Shown in pieces: positions 7,511 through 15,831 of a DNA stretch of 24,889 nucleotides. The notes beneath the pieces were generated by a model. That model did no database searches. It worked only from the letters and a program-made list of their open reading frames with translations, and was not told the origin of the DNA. The stretch is taken from positions 1 to 24,889 of IMG/VR virus record IMGVR_UViG_3300036715_002952. One strand, written 5' to 3'. The position numbers were made by a program, and so were the translations under genes. The DNA is from a virus (lineage: Duplodnaviria; Caudoviricetes). Every line of letters begins with the position of its first letter. The stretch's first letter is position 1.

Positions 7511-7758
7511 CAGCGCACCGCGTCCAGGATGACGACGTTGCTCAGGTCGATCTGCAACGGCAGTTCGGCCATGGCGGCGCGGCGTTGGGCCAGCTCATCG
7601 AGAAGGGGGCCACAGGCCGAGATCAGCCATTCCGCCTCGGCCTGGCCGGCCAGTTCATGGCGGGCGTCGTGGGCGATGCGGCGCAGTGTGGCAAGTTCCC
7701 GATCCCCTATCTGGGCGGATCGGGCATTCGGAACGGTGGTCTGAAAAGACGCGGCCAT
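7510..7758 (-). CDS. First gene of the left early operon, hypothetical, 82 aa
   Basis: AGGAGA 7 nt before ATG 7758; directly behind the PL-like promoter. Confidence 0.7.
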   Translation of the reverse strand: MAASFQTTVPNARSAQIGDRELATLRRIAHDARHELAGQAEAEWLISACGPLLDELAQRRAAMAELPLQIDLSNVVILDAVR

Positions 7759-7790
7759 TGGGGTTTCTCCTGTGCAAGCCTTATGCACAG

Positions 7791-7853
7791 AAGTTAGGGG
7801 TCAAGGGTCTAAACTGTCAACCATCAAAATAAGCAAAACTTAAAATTATGGAT
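7791..7853 (-). promoter_or_regulatory. PL-like promoter and operator
   Basis: TTGACA (7820-7815)-17 nt-CTAACT; adjacent dyad CCAT-N5-TAAG-N5-CTTA-N5-ATGG (7821-7851). Confidence 0.65.
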
Positions 7854-7889
7854 TTGGCCTCAAGGATGCACCATTTGCCGCTCTGCTGA

Positions 7890-8069
7890 TCATCCTGCCA
7901 TCGTCCATCGCAAGATCCCCCAATAGATTGGCCACAGCTCGGAAAGAAAGATGTTCACGGGTATGGCTATGATCCAGTTCCACCAGGTGTAGACATATCC
8001 ATCAAGGAAGGTCAGAAAGATGAAGGTGGCAAAGCTAACAGTCTGATAAAGTAGCATAATCCACCGCAT
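7890..8069 (-). CDS. Small Trp-rich two-TM membrane protein behind cI, 59 aa (not in ORF track)
   Basis: MRWIMLLYQTVSFATFIFLTFLDGYVYTWWNWIIAIPVNIFLSELWPIYWGILRWTMAG*. ATG immediately follows the cI stop; GGAGAG upstream; low GC. Confidence 0.75.
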   Translation of the reverse strand: MRWIMLLYQTVSFATFIFLTFLDGYVYTWWNWIIAIPVNIFLSELWPIYWGILRWTMAG

Positions 8070-8684
8070 TTATGCTCTCCAGCTTGCTGTGACCTTGCCC
8101 TTGATCACAACATTCACCCCGTCCACGACATGCACCCTTGCATCGCCACGATCGAGGCTGGCCGATACCAGCACAGGAGGCTCAAAACGGCGCAGCACGG
8201 TATTCGCTCCATTCCGGGTGTAAATCTGGGCCACGACGATGTCGCCGGCGCGGACGCGTTCGGCCTGGTGCGTGTCGAGCAGAAAGAAATCACCCTCGAT
8301 CATGCCGTCCAGTGCCATCGCCGGGCCTTTCACGCGCCAGACGTCAATACCCGGCCTGCCGCCGCCCAGGGCTTCGGCAATGGTTCGCACGGTGTGACCT
8401 TCGCCAAGCCCGTGCCCAACGGAAAAAGGGGCCACATCACTTTCGCGAAAGCCCGGCATCAGCTGTTGGGTGGTTGGTTGATCGGTTACCCCTGCCTTTT
8501 CCAGGACCGTTGCAAGCGGCACCTGAAGCACTTCGGCAAAAGCCTTGGCCCAATCGAGCGACATGCTTTGGCGCCCTGTCAGGATATGGGAGACATTCAC
8601 GCGCGACCGCCCGCGGGCCTTGGCAATGTCATCTGCGGTGACACCAACCTTTTTCTGTTGTTGCTTGAACCACTTATCATCCAT
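8070..8684 (-). CDS. cI: CI-like repressor (XRE HTH + S24-like domain), 204 aa
   Basis: HTH VTADDIAKARGRSRVNVSHILTG; S24-like WRVKGPAM...EGDFFLLD...GDIVVA...VIKGKV; divergent from a cro-like gene. Start 8684 rather than 8882. Confidence 0.88.
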   Translation of the reverse strand: MDDKWFKQQQKKVGVTADDIAKARGRSRVNVSHILTGRQSMSLDWAKAFAEVLQVPLATVLEKAGVTDQPTTQQLMPGFRESDVAPFSVGHGLGEGHTVRTIAEALGGGRPGIDVWRVKGPAMALDGMIEGDFFLLDTHQAERVRAGDIVVAQIYTRNGANTVLRRFEPPVLVSASLDRGDARVHVVDGVNVVIKGKVTASWRA

Positions 8685-8780
8685 TTTCGCTAGGTAGGCA
8701 CTTTCGACCCAACATGCATGATGGAAAAACTTAAAAAGATGGATGGACAGGCTTACAAATCCTAGTCTAGATGTGGGGTC
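8685..8780. promoter_or_regulatory. Divergent PRM/PR switch region
   Basis: AT-rich. TGGACA (8744-8749)-17 nt-CTAGAT ends 8 nt before the cro ATG. AAAACTTAAAAAGATGGAT (8726-8744) matches 7835-7853 at 17/19. Confidence 0.6.
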
Positions 8781-9086
8781 ATGACCCGACACCTTACACC
8801 AATTCAAGTATGTCAGCGCCTGATCGGCCGCCCGGAGGAAATCTCTCTGGTTTGCGGCTTTCAGGAAAAAGCGGCCTATCACTGGCGCAACGCGTCCAAA
8901 TCACGCGATGCGGGCGACCTGCCTTCGGCGCGCGTCATGCGTGCCCTTCTGGCCCATGCCGCCGTGAAGAACCTTGGCCTGACCGCCGATCATCTGATCT
9001 GGGGCGCGACCGAGGACGAGGTGCAGGCGATCCTCGATGCGCGCACCGCCCCGGCCGAATTCCAGCATCGGGTGGCCGCAGAATGA
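8781..9086 (+). CDS. Cro-like regulator
   Basis: Position opposite cI; short HTH-like N-terminus (PEEISLVCGFQEKAAYHW). Confidence 0.7.
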   Translation: MTRHLTPIQVCQRLIGRPEEISLVCGFQEKAAYHWRNASKSRDAGDLPSARVMRALLAHAAVKNLGLTADHLIWGATEDEVQAILDARTAPAEFQHRVAAE

Positions 9087-9244
9087 ACGCTGCAGCCATC
9101 ATCCTGGTTGTCCTGCTGATTACCGCAGCTGCGATTGGTTGCTTGCGGCATGGCAAGAGCCGCCCGGCCTATAACGCCCCGGTGGCGCTTTTGGACCTTG
9201 CCCTCTGGATCTTCCTTCTCTGGCAGGCGGGCTTTTTCAAATGA
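9083..9244 (+). CDS. Small two-TM protein, 53 aa
   Basis: MNAAAIILVVLLITAAAIGCLRHGKSRPAYNAPVALLDLALWIFLLWQAGFFK; ATGA overlap with cro. Confidence 0.7.
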   Translation: MNAAAIILVVLLITAAAIGCLRHGKSRPAYNAPVALLDLALWIFLLWQAGFFK

Positions 9245-9291
9245 CCCTTTCCCGGCGCCACGCTGACTGCTCGTTGTTGGCCCGGAAGACT

Positions 9292-9330
9292 GGCGGGGTG
9301 CCCACCTCCTCCCGGGCACCCCGTCTTTTT
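9292..9330 (+). terminator. tR1-like terminator with CCUCCUCCC (cuckoo-type) loop
   Basis: 12-bp stem GGCGGGGTGCCC/GGGCACCCCGTC, loop ACCTCCTCCC, then TTTTT. Confidence 0.75.
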
Positions 9331-9443
9331 CAATCCCGATCCGGCGGGCCTGCCGGTAGGTGGGCCGTTTTGCAAGCGACGGTCTGCCGGGGCGTGGCGG
9401 GGGTAACCCTCACCCGGTCACGCATCTATGCACGGGGGCTGGC

Positions 9444-9770
9444 ATGAACAACCAAGACCCCACCGATATCGCCCTGACCGCGCCCGGCCTTTGCGTGCCG
9501 GTCCTGATGTCGGCCAGTGCCGTGGCCTTGAGCGCACGCTGCGGTCAGGTCACGGCGCATGATGTCGATGCCATGCGCGAGCAGACCGAAGAGCTGTTGC
9601 GCCCGGACGATCCGACCCGCCCGGCCATCATGGCCTTTGCCAGCATGTACGAGCTGGTGCGCCGCGACCCCGAGGCGCTGAAAGCCCTGGGCGAGGATCT
9701 GTGGCGCGCGGTCAATTATGCCGTGGCCCCGGCGCCTAACCCGCATTGGAGGGCCGATATTGATGGATGA
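9444..9770 (+). CDS. Hypothetical protein, 108 aa
   Basis: GGGGG RBS before ATG 9444; typical high-GC codon use. Confidence 0.65.
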   Translation: MNNQDPTDIALTAPGLCVPVLMSASAVALSARCGQVTAHDVDAMREQTEELLRPDDPTRPAIMAFASMYELVRRDPEALKALGEDLWRAVNYAVAPAPNPHWRADIDG

Positions 9771-9888
9771 CGATGACCTTTCGCTTTGGATCGAGGCCTT
9801 CGGGGCGCACCGGCTGGCTGTGGTCTGCGGGCTGGCCGCCACGGCGGCACTGACCCTTGGCTGCGGTGCGGCGCTGGGGTGGTGGTGA
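9763..9888 (+). CDS. Small single-TM protein, 41 aa (not in ORF track)
   Basis: MDDDDLSLWIEAFGAHRLAVVCGLAATAALTLGCGAALGWW*; GGAGG upstream; overlaps both neighbours. Confidence 0.55.
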   Translation: MDDDDLSLWIEAFGAHRLAVVCGLAATAALTLGCGAALGWW

Positions 9889-10244
9889 TGGCCCAGCCCA
9901 AACCCGCACAGCCCGAATTCACGGCCGCGCATCATGTGATGCTGAACGGACTGGCCTTGATCGACAGCCTGATCATGTCGCCCGACCCGCGCTTTGACAG
10001 CGCCGTGCAGGCCCTGGCCGAGGCGCTGCCCCATGCCGTGCCCACCAGCGCACGGACCAAGGCGCTGATCACCACGACCGAGGCCGTTCTGCAAACCGCC
10101 GATGGCCGCGCCACCGGGGCCATGACCTGGACCGCCACGATGATGGATGTGCGGGCCACGCTGGCGACCCTGTTTTACTGGCGCACCGCCTCCGCCCTGG
10201 ACGCCCTGCGCGCATCGCTTGCAACAGAGGAAGCTGCACCATGA
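9888..10244 (+). CDS. Hypothetical protein, 118 aa
   Basis: TGATG coupling upstream and ATGA coupling downstream. Confidence 0.65.
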   Translation: MAQPKPAQPEFTAAHHVMLNGLALIDSLIMSPDPRFDSAVQALAEALPHAVPTSARTKALITTTEAVLQTADGRATGAMTWTATMMDVRATLATLFYWRTASALDALRASLATEEAAP

Positions 10245-11383
10245 AGCTGAACGATATGAGCGTGGAAGACCTGCGCGATTTTGTCTCGAAGATCGGGCGT
10301 CTTTGCGCGCTTGGGGAAGTCCTTGAGAATGGGCAGATCAAGGTCCGCTTTGATCTGACGCCCGGCCAGCCGGCCCGCCTGTTGATCCCCGAGCTTGCGA
10401 TGGTGCCCGGCTTTGACGGGCTGGACGAAATGCGCAGCGCCTTGGCAGATCGGGCAGACGAGATCTACGAGCTCCACAGCATTTATGCTGCGGAAGATAC
10501 TGAAGGCGAGGAACGGGCTGAATTGCTTTCGGGCGAACTGGAGGCCGAAAACGCCGCGCTGATCGGGATCGAGGAGCCGGAAGATCGCCCGGAACCTGTC
10601 ACATATACCGGCGATGGTGATGGCGATCTGGTCATTCTGCCGCAGGCTTTTTCAACGCGGGAGGACTTCGCCGCTTTCGCCGGTGTCACGGCGGCAGATC
10701 CTGCCCCCGCCGCCGCCCGCGAACAGATCGCGCATTTCGACGCGCCCGGCCAGCCCGACCCCGAACAGCCCCAGCCGGGCAGCGCCAGCGCCCTGGCGCA
10801 AAAAGCCGCCTTTGCAAAATTCTGGACGGATGAGCGTGACACGATCCTGATCAACGCCATGGCCGCAGGACGGTTGCAGAACCGGACCTGGTGGAGCGTT
10901 GCCGAGGAATTCGCCGCGACCTTGGGAGCGACACCCAAAGCCATCGACCTTCGGGCGCGTCAGGTGCTGCGCCCCCGCATCGACGCGCGGATCGCGGAGC
11001 TGCGTGCCGCCCAACCCGAACCGCCTGCGGCCGAGCAGACAGAGCAAGCAGCCTCTGGGCCCATGGCGACCCCGGCGGTGGAGGTGGCGCTTCCCCCCGC
11101 CGCTGCCCCCACCGCCACCTCCACCGTCCCGCCGGCGGATGACCTGGGCAAATACCTCTGGACCATGTCGCGCAAGGGGGGCTGGGACATGAAGGCGGAC
11201 CATGGCCTGATGGAGCTGGCCTGCACCGGCTGGACCATGGGCGATATCGCGGTGGAGATGGGCCGCGACAGCAAAGAGATCAAAGAACGGTTCGAGCTGC
11301 TGACCTGCCTGCGCCGCTTCAAGCGAGAGGACGTGCTGGCCCGCCTGGCCGCTTTCGTCTCGCTCGCCACGGCGGGGAAGTAA
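10241..11383 (+). CDS. Protein with two GcrA/Myb-like HTH modules
   Basis: WTDERDTILINAMAAG...SVAEEFAATLGATPKAIDLR and WDMKADHGLMELACTGWTMGDIAVEMGRDSKEIKER, separated by Pro/Ala linkers. Confidence 0.7.
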   Translation: MKLNDMSVEDLRDFVSKIGRLCALGEVLENGQIKVRFDLTPGQPARLLIPELAMVPGFDGLDEMRSALADRADEIYELHSIYAAEDTEGEERAELLSGELEAENAALIGIEEPEDRPEPVTYTGDGDGDLVILPQAFSTREDFAAFAGVTAADPAPAAAREQIAHFDAPGQPDPEQPQPGSASALAQKAAFAKFWTDERDTILINAMAAGRLQNRTWWSVAEEFAATLGATPKAIDLRARQVLRPRIDARIAELRAAQPEPPAAEQTEQAASGPMATPAVEVALPPAAAPTATSTVPPADDLGKYLWTMSRKGGWDMKADHGLMELACTGWTMGDIAVEMGRDSKEIKERFELLTCLRRFKREDVLARLAAFVSLATAGK

Positions 11384-11387
11384 GCCC

Positions 11388-11564
11388 ATGTCGCGCCATC
11401 CCATTTTTGAACTCTTGTCCTTCACGATGCCGCCCAGCATGAAGCTGCACCCGGATTTCTGGCGTGCCCCGCACGGTTCCTCCCCCCGCACCGTCACCCA
11501 GGACAAGCGCCGCGCTGCCAAAACCCGCGCCCGGCGTCGTGCCCGCAAGCTTGGGCATGGCTGA
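11388..11564 (+). CDS. Small basic protein, 58 aa (not in ORF track)
   Basis: MSRHPIFELLSFTMPPSMKLHPDFWRAPHGSSPRTVTQDKRRAAKTRARRRARKLGHG*; exactly fills the gap. Confidence 0.6.
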   Translation: MSRHPIFELLSFTMPPSMKLHPDFWRAPHGSSPRTVTQDKRRAAKTRARRRARKLGHG

Positions 11565-11566
11565 TC

Positions 11567-12757
11567 ATGTTCCAGCATTCCGCCCCTTCATCGGGCCGCC
11601 AGATGGTCTCGATCGAAGAGATCAAGGACAGTCTGGTGGGCCAGCTGGAGGCGGTGATCGACCGCTATGCCAAGCCCGGTGCTGGCAGCTACCAGAAGAA
11701 CGGCAAGTATTTCATGCTCAACCCCGGCCGCCCCGATCGCAGCGTTGGCAGCTTTTGCATTCGCATGTCCGGGCCGGATCGGGGCCGCTGGTCGGAATAT
11801 GCCGGGCATTCAAAATCCAGCGGCGATGTGATCGACCTGATTGCTTTGTCCTGCGGCCTGTCGCTGACCGATGCGATCAAAGAGGCCCGCGCCTTTCTGG
11901 GCCTCGACACCGAAACGCCCGAGCTGAAGCGCAAGCGCGAGATCGCGGCCGCCGCGGCCAAGGCCCGCCGCATCGCGGCCGAGGCCGACCGCGCCAAGGA
12001 ACTGGACAAGGCCCGCAAGCGCGCCGAAGGGCTATGGCTGTCCGGCCAGGTCAAGCTGGAGGGGACGCCGGTGGCGGCCTATCTGGCGGGCCGGAGCATC
12101 GACCTGGCCGCCTTTGGCCACATGCCCGGCGCCCTGCGCTATCACCCCGAGTGCCGGTATTACTGGACCGAGGATTGGGAAGATCCCCAAACTGGCGAGG
12201 TGAAACAGCAGGTCTGTTTCAAGCCGATGCCCGCGATGGTCAGCGCCATCGTGAAAGGATCGAAGATCATCGACTGCCATCGCACCTATCTGCAGCGCGG
12301 GCCGGAAGGCTGGACCAAGGCCGACCTGCCAGACGCCAAGAAGGTCTTTGCCGATTACACCGGCGGGGCCGTGCGCCTGTGCGGTGCGCCCGGGCCGCGT
12401 GGCGGCCGCCTGAAGCTGAACGAGGCCCCGCAAGGCAGCCGCGTCTACATCACCGAAGGGATCGAGAACGGTCTGAGCCTGATGGCCATCCGCGCCATGC
12501 TGGGCCAGCCGCCGGCCTTTGTGATCGCCGCCGGCATGATCTGGAACCTGGGCAAGGTCGATCTGCCCGCCACGGTCACCGAAGTGGTGCTGTGCGCCGA
12601 CAACGACCAGGGCGAGGCCGCCAGCGCCGCCCTGGAGGGCGCCATCGCCGCCCATGCCGCCAAAGGCCGCCAGGTGCGCGTCTGGCGCAGCGAGCGGCCC
12701 GGCGAAGATCTGAACGACGCGCTCAAGCGCGCATTGAAGGAACGGGGGAGACCATGA
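11567..12757 (+). CDS. DNA primase (Toprim; P4 alpha/TraC-like)
   Basis: AYLAGRSI, ALRYHP, PAMV, HRTYL, ITEGIENGLS, CADND, DLND. Confidence 0.88.
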   Translation: MFQHSAPSSGRQMVSIEEIKDSLVGQLEAVIDRYAKPGAGSYQKNGKYFMLNPGRPDRSVGSFCIRMSGPDRGRWSEYAGHSKSSGDVIDLIALSCGLSLTDAIKEARAFLGLDTETPELKRKREIAAAAAKARRIAAEADRAKELDKARKRAEGLWLSGQVKLEGTPVAAYLAGRSIDLAAFGHMPGALRYHPECRYYWTEDWEDPQTGEVKQQVCFKPMPAMVSAIVKGSKIIDCHRTYLQRGPEGWTKADLPDAKKVFADYTGGAVRLCGAPGPRGGRLKLNEAPQGSRVYITEGIENGLSLMAIRAMLGQPPAFVIAAGMIWNLGKVDLPATVTEVVLCADNDQGEAASAALEGAIAAHAAKGRQVRVWRSERPGEDLNDALKRALKERGRP

Positions 12758-13038
12758 AACCTTTGGGACCTGGACTGCATGTTTTGACAGAACCGGACCC
12801 GGTGCGGCCGGAACGCCCGGTTACCGTCATCGTGCAATGCCATGAGCAGCCCCCTCATCAGGTGGTCAACTCGATCCGTATCCGGGCGATCAGTCAGCTC
12901 CAGCAGCTGATGCGCTCACTGAAGCGCCAGCATGACACGCTCATCGAGGAGACGCGTGCCCGCGTTCGCCCGAAAAGTTGCGGTAGCGGCCAGCAGGTTC
13001 CGCGCCGTCCAACGCTCTACGAGATGGATGGCGATTGA
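12754..13038 (+). CDS. Hypothetical protein, 94 aa
   Basis: GGGGAG RBS and ATGA overlap; the real part of the track's 11464..13038 frame. Confidence 0.55.
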   Translation: MKPLGPGLHVLTEPDPVRPERPVTVIVQCHEQPPHQVVNSIRIRAISQLQQLMRSLKRQHDTLIEETRARVRPKSCGSGQQVPRRPTLYEMDGD

Positions 13039-13367
13039 TGAGCAATCAACAGTTTGGCGACTATCGCGTCACACGGGAAAAGGACATGGCGGCGCATGAT
13101 GCCTCGCCCAAGTGGCTGCGCGACATCACCAATTACACGGTCGTCAAGTGGGGCTCCCCCCCCCTGTTGCGCGATGTTCGCGAAATGCTTCCGTCTTTGG
13201 GCGCGACGAGGGTGCGCGGGGTGATCCTGCGCGTCATCGGAGAGGCCGAACCGGAACACACGTTCCGCACCTATGGGCCGCTCCACCCCGAGGCCGATGC
13301 CCATGGCAAGAAGCTGAAGCCCTTCCCGTTTGCGGTCGGCTTTCCCACAAAGGGGAAAGCTAATTGA
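13038..13367 (+). CDS. Hypothetical protein, ~109 aa
   Basis: TGATG coupling; stop overlaps the helicase start. Confidence 0.55.
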   Translation: MSNQQFGDYRVTREKDMAAHDASPKWLRDITNYTVVKWGSPPLLRDVREMLPSLGATRVRGVILRVIGEAEPEHTFRTYGPLHPEADAHGKKLKPFPFAVGFPTKGKAN

Positions 13368-15397
13368 CCGAGACGAACGACGACTGGCTGTCAGCTCCTT
13401 CCCCGCCGCCACGCCCCTTGGGCGAAGCTGCGCATCAGGCCCCAGCCGCGGCGATCAAACCTGCCGCCAAACCCAAGCCCAAGGTTACACCCTTGCGGCC
13501 CCTCGATGCCCTGGGTGCCGCCCTCGATGACCCGCCGATCGCGGCCGAGGGCGCACCAGGTGCGGCCCCGCCACCTCCGCCCCCCGAGGATCTGCCCCCG
13601 GCCGAGCCTGGTGGCGGCAGGTCAGGTGGCGAGCGGCCCAAGGGCGAGATCTGGCGCGGCTGCCCGGTGCGCCCGCTGGGCGTCAATGGGGCGACCTATT
13701 ACTACCTCGACATTCACGGCCAGCTGCGCGCGATCGCCAAGCATGATGCGCAGTCGATCCTGATGTTGTTCGGCCATCGCATCCCGGCCCTGTGCTATGC
13801 CTTTGCCCAGTGGGGCAAGGATGAGGAGGGCCGAAGCTACCGCAAGCCCGGCCGGTTCGACCAGACCACGGCCGCGATGGAAATGATCGCCGCCTGTTCG
13901 GAACATGGCCTGTTCGACCCGGAAAACGCCGTGCGCGGCGTTGGTGCCTGGGCGGATGACGACGGCACGCTGATCTATCACGCCGGCGACAAGCTCTATC
14001 TGGGCAAGACCGAGCTGGACCCCGGCACGCACCAGGGCCGCATCTATCCTGCCGCACCACCTGTCCCGCACCCTTTGGCCGCCGACAAAGACGTAAGCGA
14101 CCCTATGGCCGTGCTGACCGAGGTGCTGTCAACCTGGCAATGGACCCGCCCGGATCTGGACCCGATGATCTGCCTTGGCCTGATGGGCGTGCAAATGTTC
14201 GGTGGGGCCATGTCCTGGCGCCCGGCCTACTGGATCACCGGTGGGGCAGGCGCGGGCAAATCGGCCCTGCAGCGTCTGATGTTGCACCTGCATGGCGGCG
14301 AGAAAGGGTTGATCCAGTCCACCGATGCCACCGCGCGCGGCATCGCCTCGCTGCTGGGCCAATCCACCCTGCCTGTCGCCCTGGACGAGCTGGAACCCGG
14401 CGACCAGGGCAGCACGAAAGAGCGCGACATCGTGGCCACGGCCCGGGTTGCCGCCAGTGGCGGCCGCTGGGCGCGTGGGTCGAGCGACCAGAAGGGCAGT
14501 ACCGGGCAGCTGCGATCGACGTTCCTGTTCAGTTCCATCCTTGTTCCGGGTGTCCTGAAAAGTCAGGACCTGCAGCGCATCATCCTTCTGAGCCTCGATC
14601 CGTTCCCCGATGGGGCCAAGGCCCCCGATCTGCGGGCCGAGATCTGGCGCAAGCGCGGGGCTGCGATCAAGCGCCTGATCCTTGATCGCTGGCCCAGCTG
14701 GGCCGCCCGGCTGGAGCTGTGGCGCGAGGCCTTTGCCGAGCATGGCGTGCAGGGCCGGGATGCCGACAACTGGGCCACCACCATGGCCATGGCGCAGATG
14801 ATGCGCGCTGAGGCCCTGCCGCAGCCGGACGAGCTGAAGGGCTGGGCCGCCAAGGTGGCCAAGGCCATCCGCGCCAGCCTGGGCGAGGCCAGCAACGACA
14901 GCGACGAGGTGCTGACCCACTTCCTGTCGCAGCGCCTGGACGTGTTCCGGCGCGGCCAGACCTATACCCTCGCCCAGTGGCTGATGGTGGCCGCCAGCCT
15001 GCCCGGCGCGCCCGCAGGCCTGTTGGACGGCTATGCCACCGATGCCAACGGCAAGGAGCAGCGGGCCAAGGCCGCCAACGCGCACCTTGCGCCCTACATG
15101 ATCCGTGTGGTGCAGGAACGGGGCGCAGATCCGCGCCTGTTCGTCGGCAACAAGAAGGTGCAGCCGCTCCTCGATCTGTTCGCCGGGACGCAGTGGGCCG
15201 GTGGTGCCTGGGCACAGTCGCTGGCCCGCATCAAGGGCGCTATCGCCAACCCTGTGTCCCGCACCCTGGCCGGCGTGTCGTCGCGCGGCTGGGAGATCCC
15301 GTTGTCGGCCATCGCGGGCCTTGAGGTGTTTCCCCAGGATCGCGCCGAAGCCCCGGCTGCTGCCCATGCGCCTGTGGACATGGAGGATTGGCAGTGA
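13364..15397 (+). CDS. P-loop replicative helicase (SF3/DUF927-like)
   Basis: Walker A GGAGAGKS, Walker B VALDE, FLFSSI, DLQRIILL; follows the primase. Confidence 0.82.
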   Translation: MTETNDDWLSAPSPPPRPLGEAAHQAPAAAIKPAAKPKPKVTPLRPLDALGAALDDPPIAAEGAPGAAPPPPPPEDLPPAEPGGGRSGGERPKGEIWRGCPVRPLGVNGATYYYLDIHGQLRAIAKHDAQSILMLFGHRIPALCYAFAQWGKDEEGRSYRKPGRFDQTTAAMEMIAACSEHGLFDPENAVRGVGAWADDDGTLIYHAGDKLYLGKTELDPGTHQGRIYPAAPPVPHPLAADKDVSDPMAVLTEVLSTWQWTRPDLDPMICLGLMGVQMFGGAMSWRPAYWITGGAGAGKSALQRLMLHLHGGEKGLIQSTDATARGIASLLGQSTLPVALDELEPGDQGSTKERDIVATARVAASGGRWARGSSDQKGSTGQLRSTFLFSSILVPGVLKSQDLQRIILLSLDPFPDGAKAPDLRAEIWRKRGAAIKRLILDRWPSWAARLELWREAFAEHGVQGRDADNWATTMAMAQMMRAEALPQPDELKGWAAKVAKAIRASLGEASNDSDEVLTHFLSQRLDVFRRGQTYTLAQWLMVAASLPGAPAGLLDGYATDANGKEQRAKAANAHLAPYMIRVVQERGADPRLFVGNKKVQPLLDLFAGTQWAGGAWAQSLARIKGAIANPVSRTLAGVSSRGWEIPLSAIAGLEVFPQDRAEAPAAAHAPVDMEDWQ

Positions 15398-15510
15398 CGC
15401 CCGCGGCCCTTTCAAGGCCCTCTCATGCCGCCATCCTCGGATTGTGCTTTACCCGGACCCGGTTTGATCCGACAATGAACGCGCGTCAAAAGGGCCGATT
15501 TGCGGGTCAG

Positions 15511-15790
15511 GGCCACGACGCCACGACGGTTGCAAGATCGGGTGTCGTGGCCTCTGTCGTGGGTGTTCTGCCAGCGATATCAAAGCGTTACCGCCCGCCA
15601 CGACGCCACGACAGCAAAAACCCTCACACACACACATGCGCATGCGCCTGCGCGATCACACACGAATGTTGTGTGTCGTGGCGTCGTGGCGTCGTCCTCT
15701 CTCTCTATCTCCTTGATAAGAAAGAGATAAAGGAAGGTTCAGGCCACGACGCTACCCACGACGCTGGACCCGTGCGGCGTCGTGGCTTGG
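15511..15790. repeat. Putative replication origin: CCACGAC iterons in both orientations
   Basis: CCACGAC at 15513, 15521, 15598, 15606, 15744, 15756; GTCGTGG at 15544, 15556, 15675, 15683, 15779. Perfect IHF site TATCAAAGCGTTA at 15578-15590. Confidence 0.8.
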
Positions 15791-15831
15791 CCCAACCTGT
15801 TGAAATCATTGAAAAGGGGGAGATTTGACCC

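Noticed and set aside
8685-8882. N-terminal extension of cI to 8882 (and of int to 5890)
   Set aside because: The extensions overlap the divergent cro/promoters or the upstream gene; internal starts fit the domain boundaries and gene spacing.
11464-13038. 524-aa ORF overlapping the primase
   Set aside because: Arg/Pro/Gly-rich off-frame read; only 12754-13038 has an RBS and plausible composition.
15511-15790. CRISPR array
   Set aside because: Repeats are 7-8 bp, in both orientations and irregularly spaced; no cas genes.
15388-15828. 146-aa ORF (and overlapping small ORFs) across the repeat region
   Set aside because: Translation mirrors the DNA repeats (HDATT, THTHT); better explained as ori.
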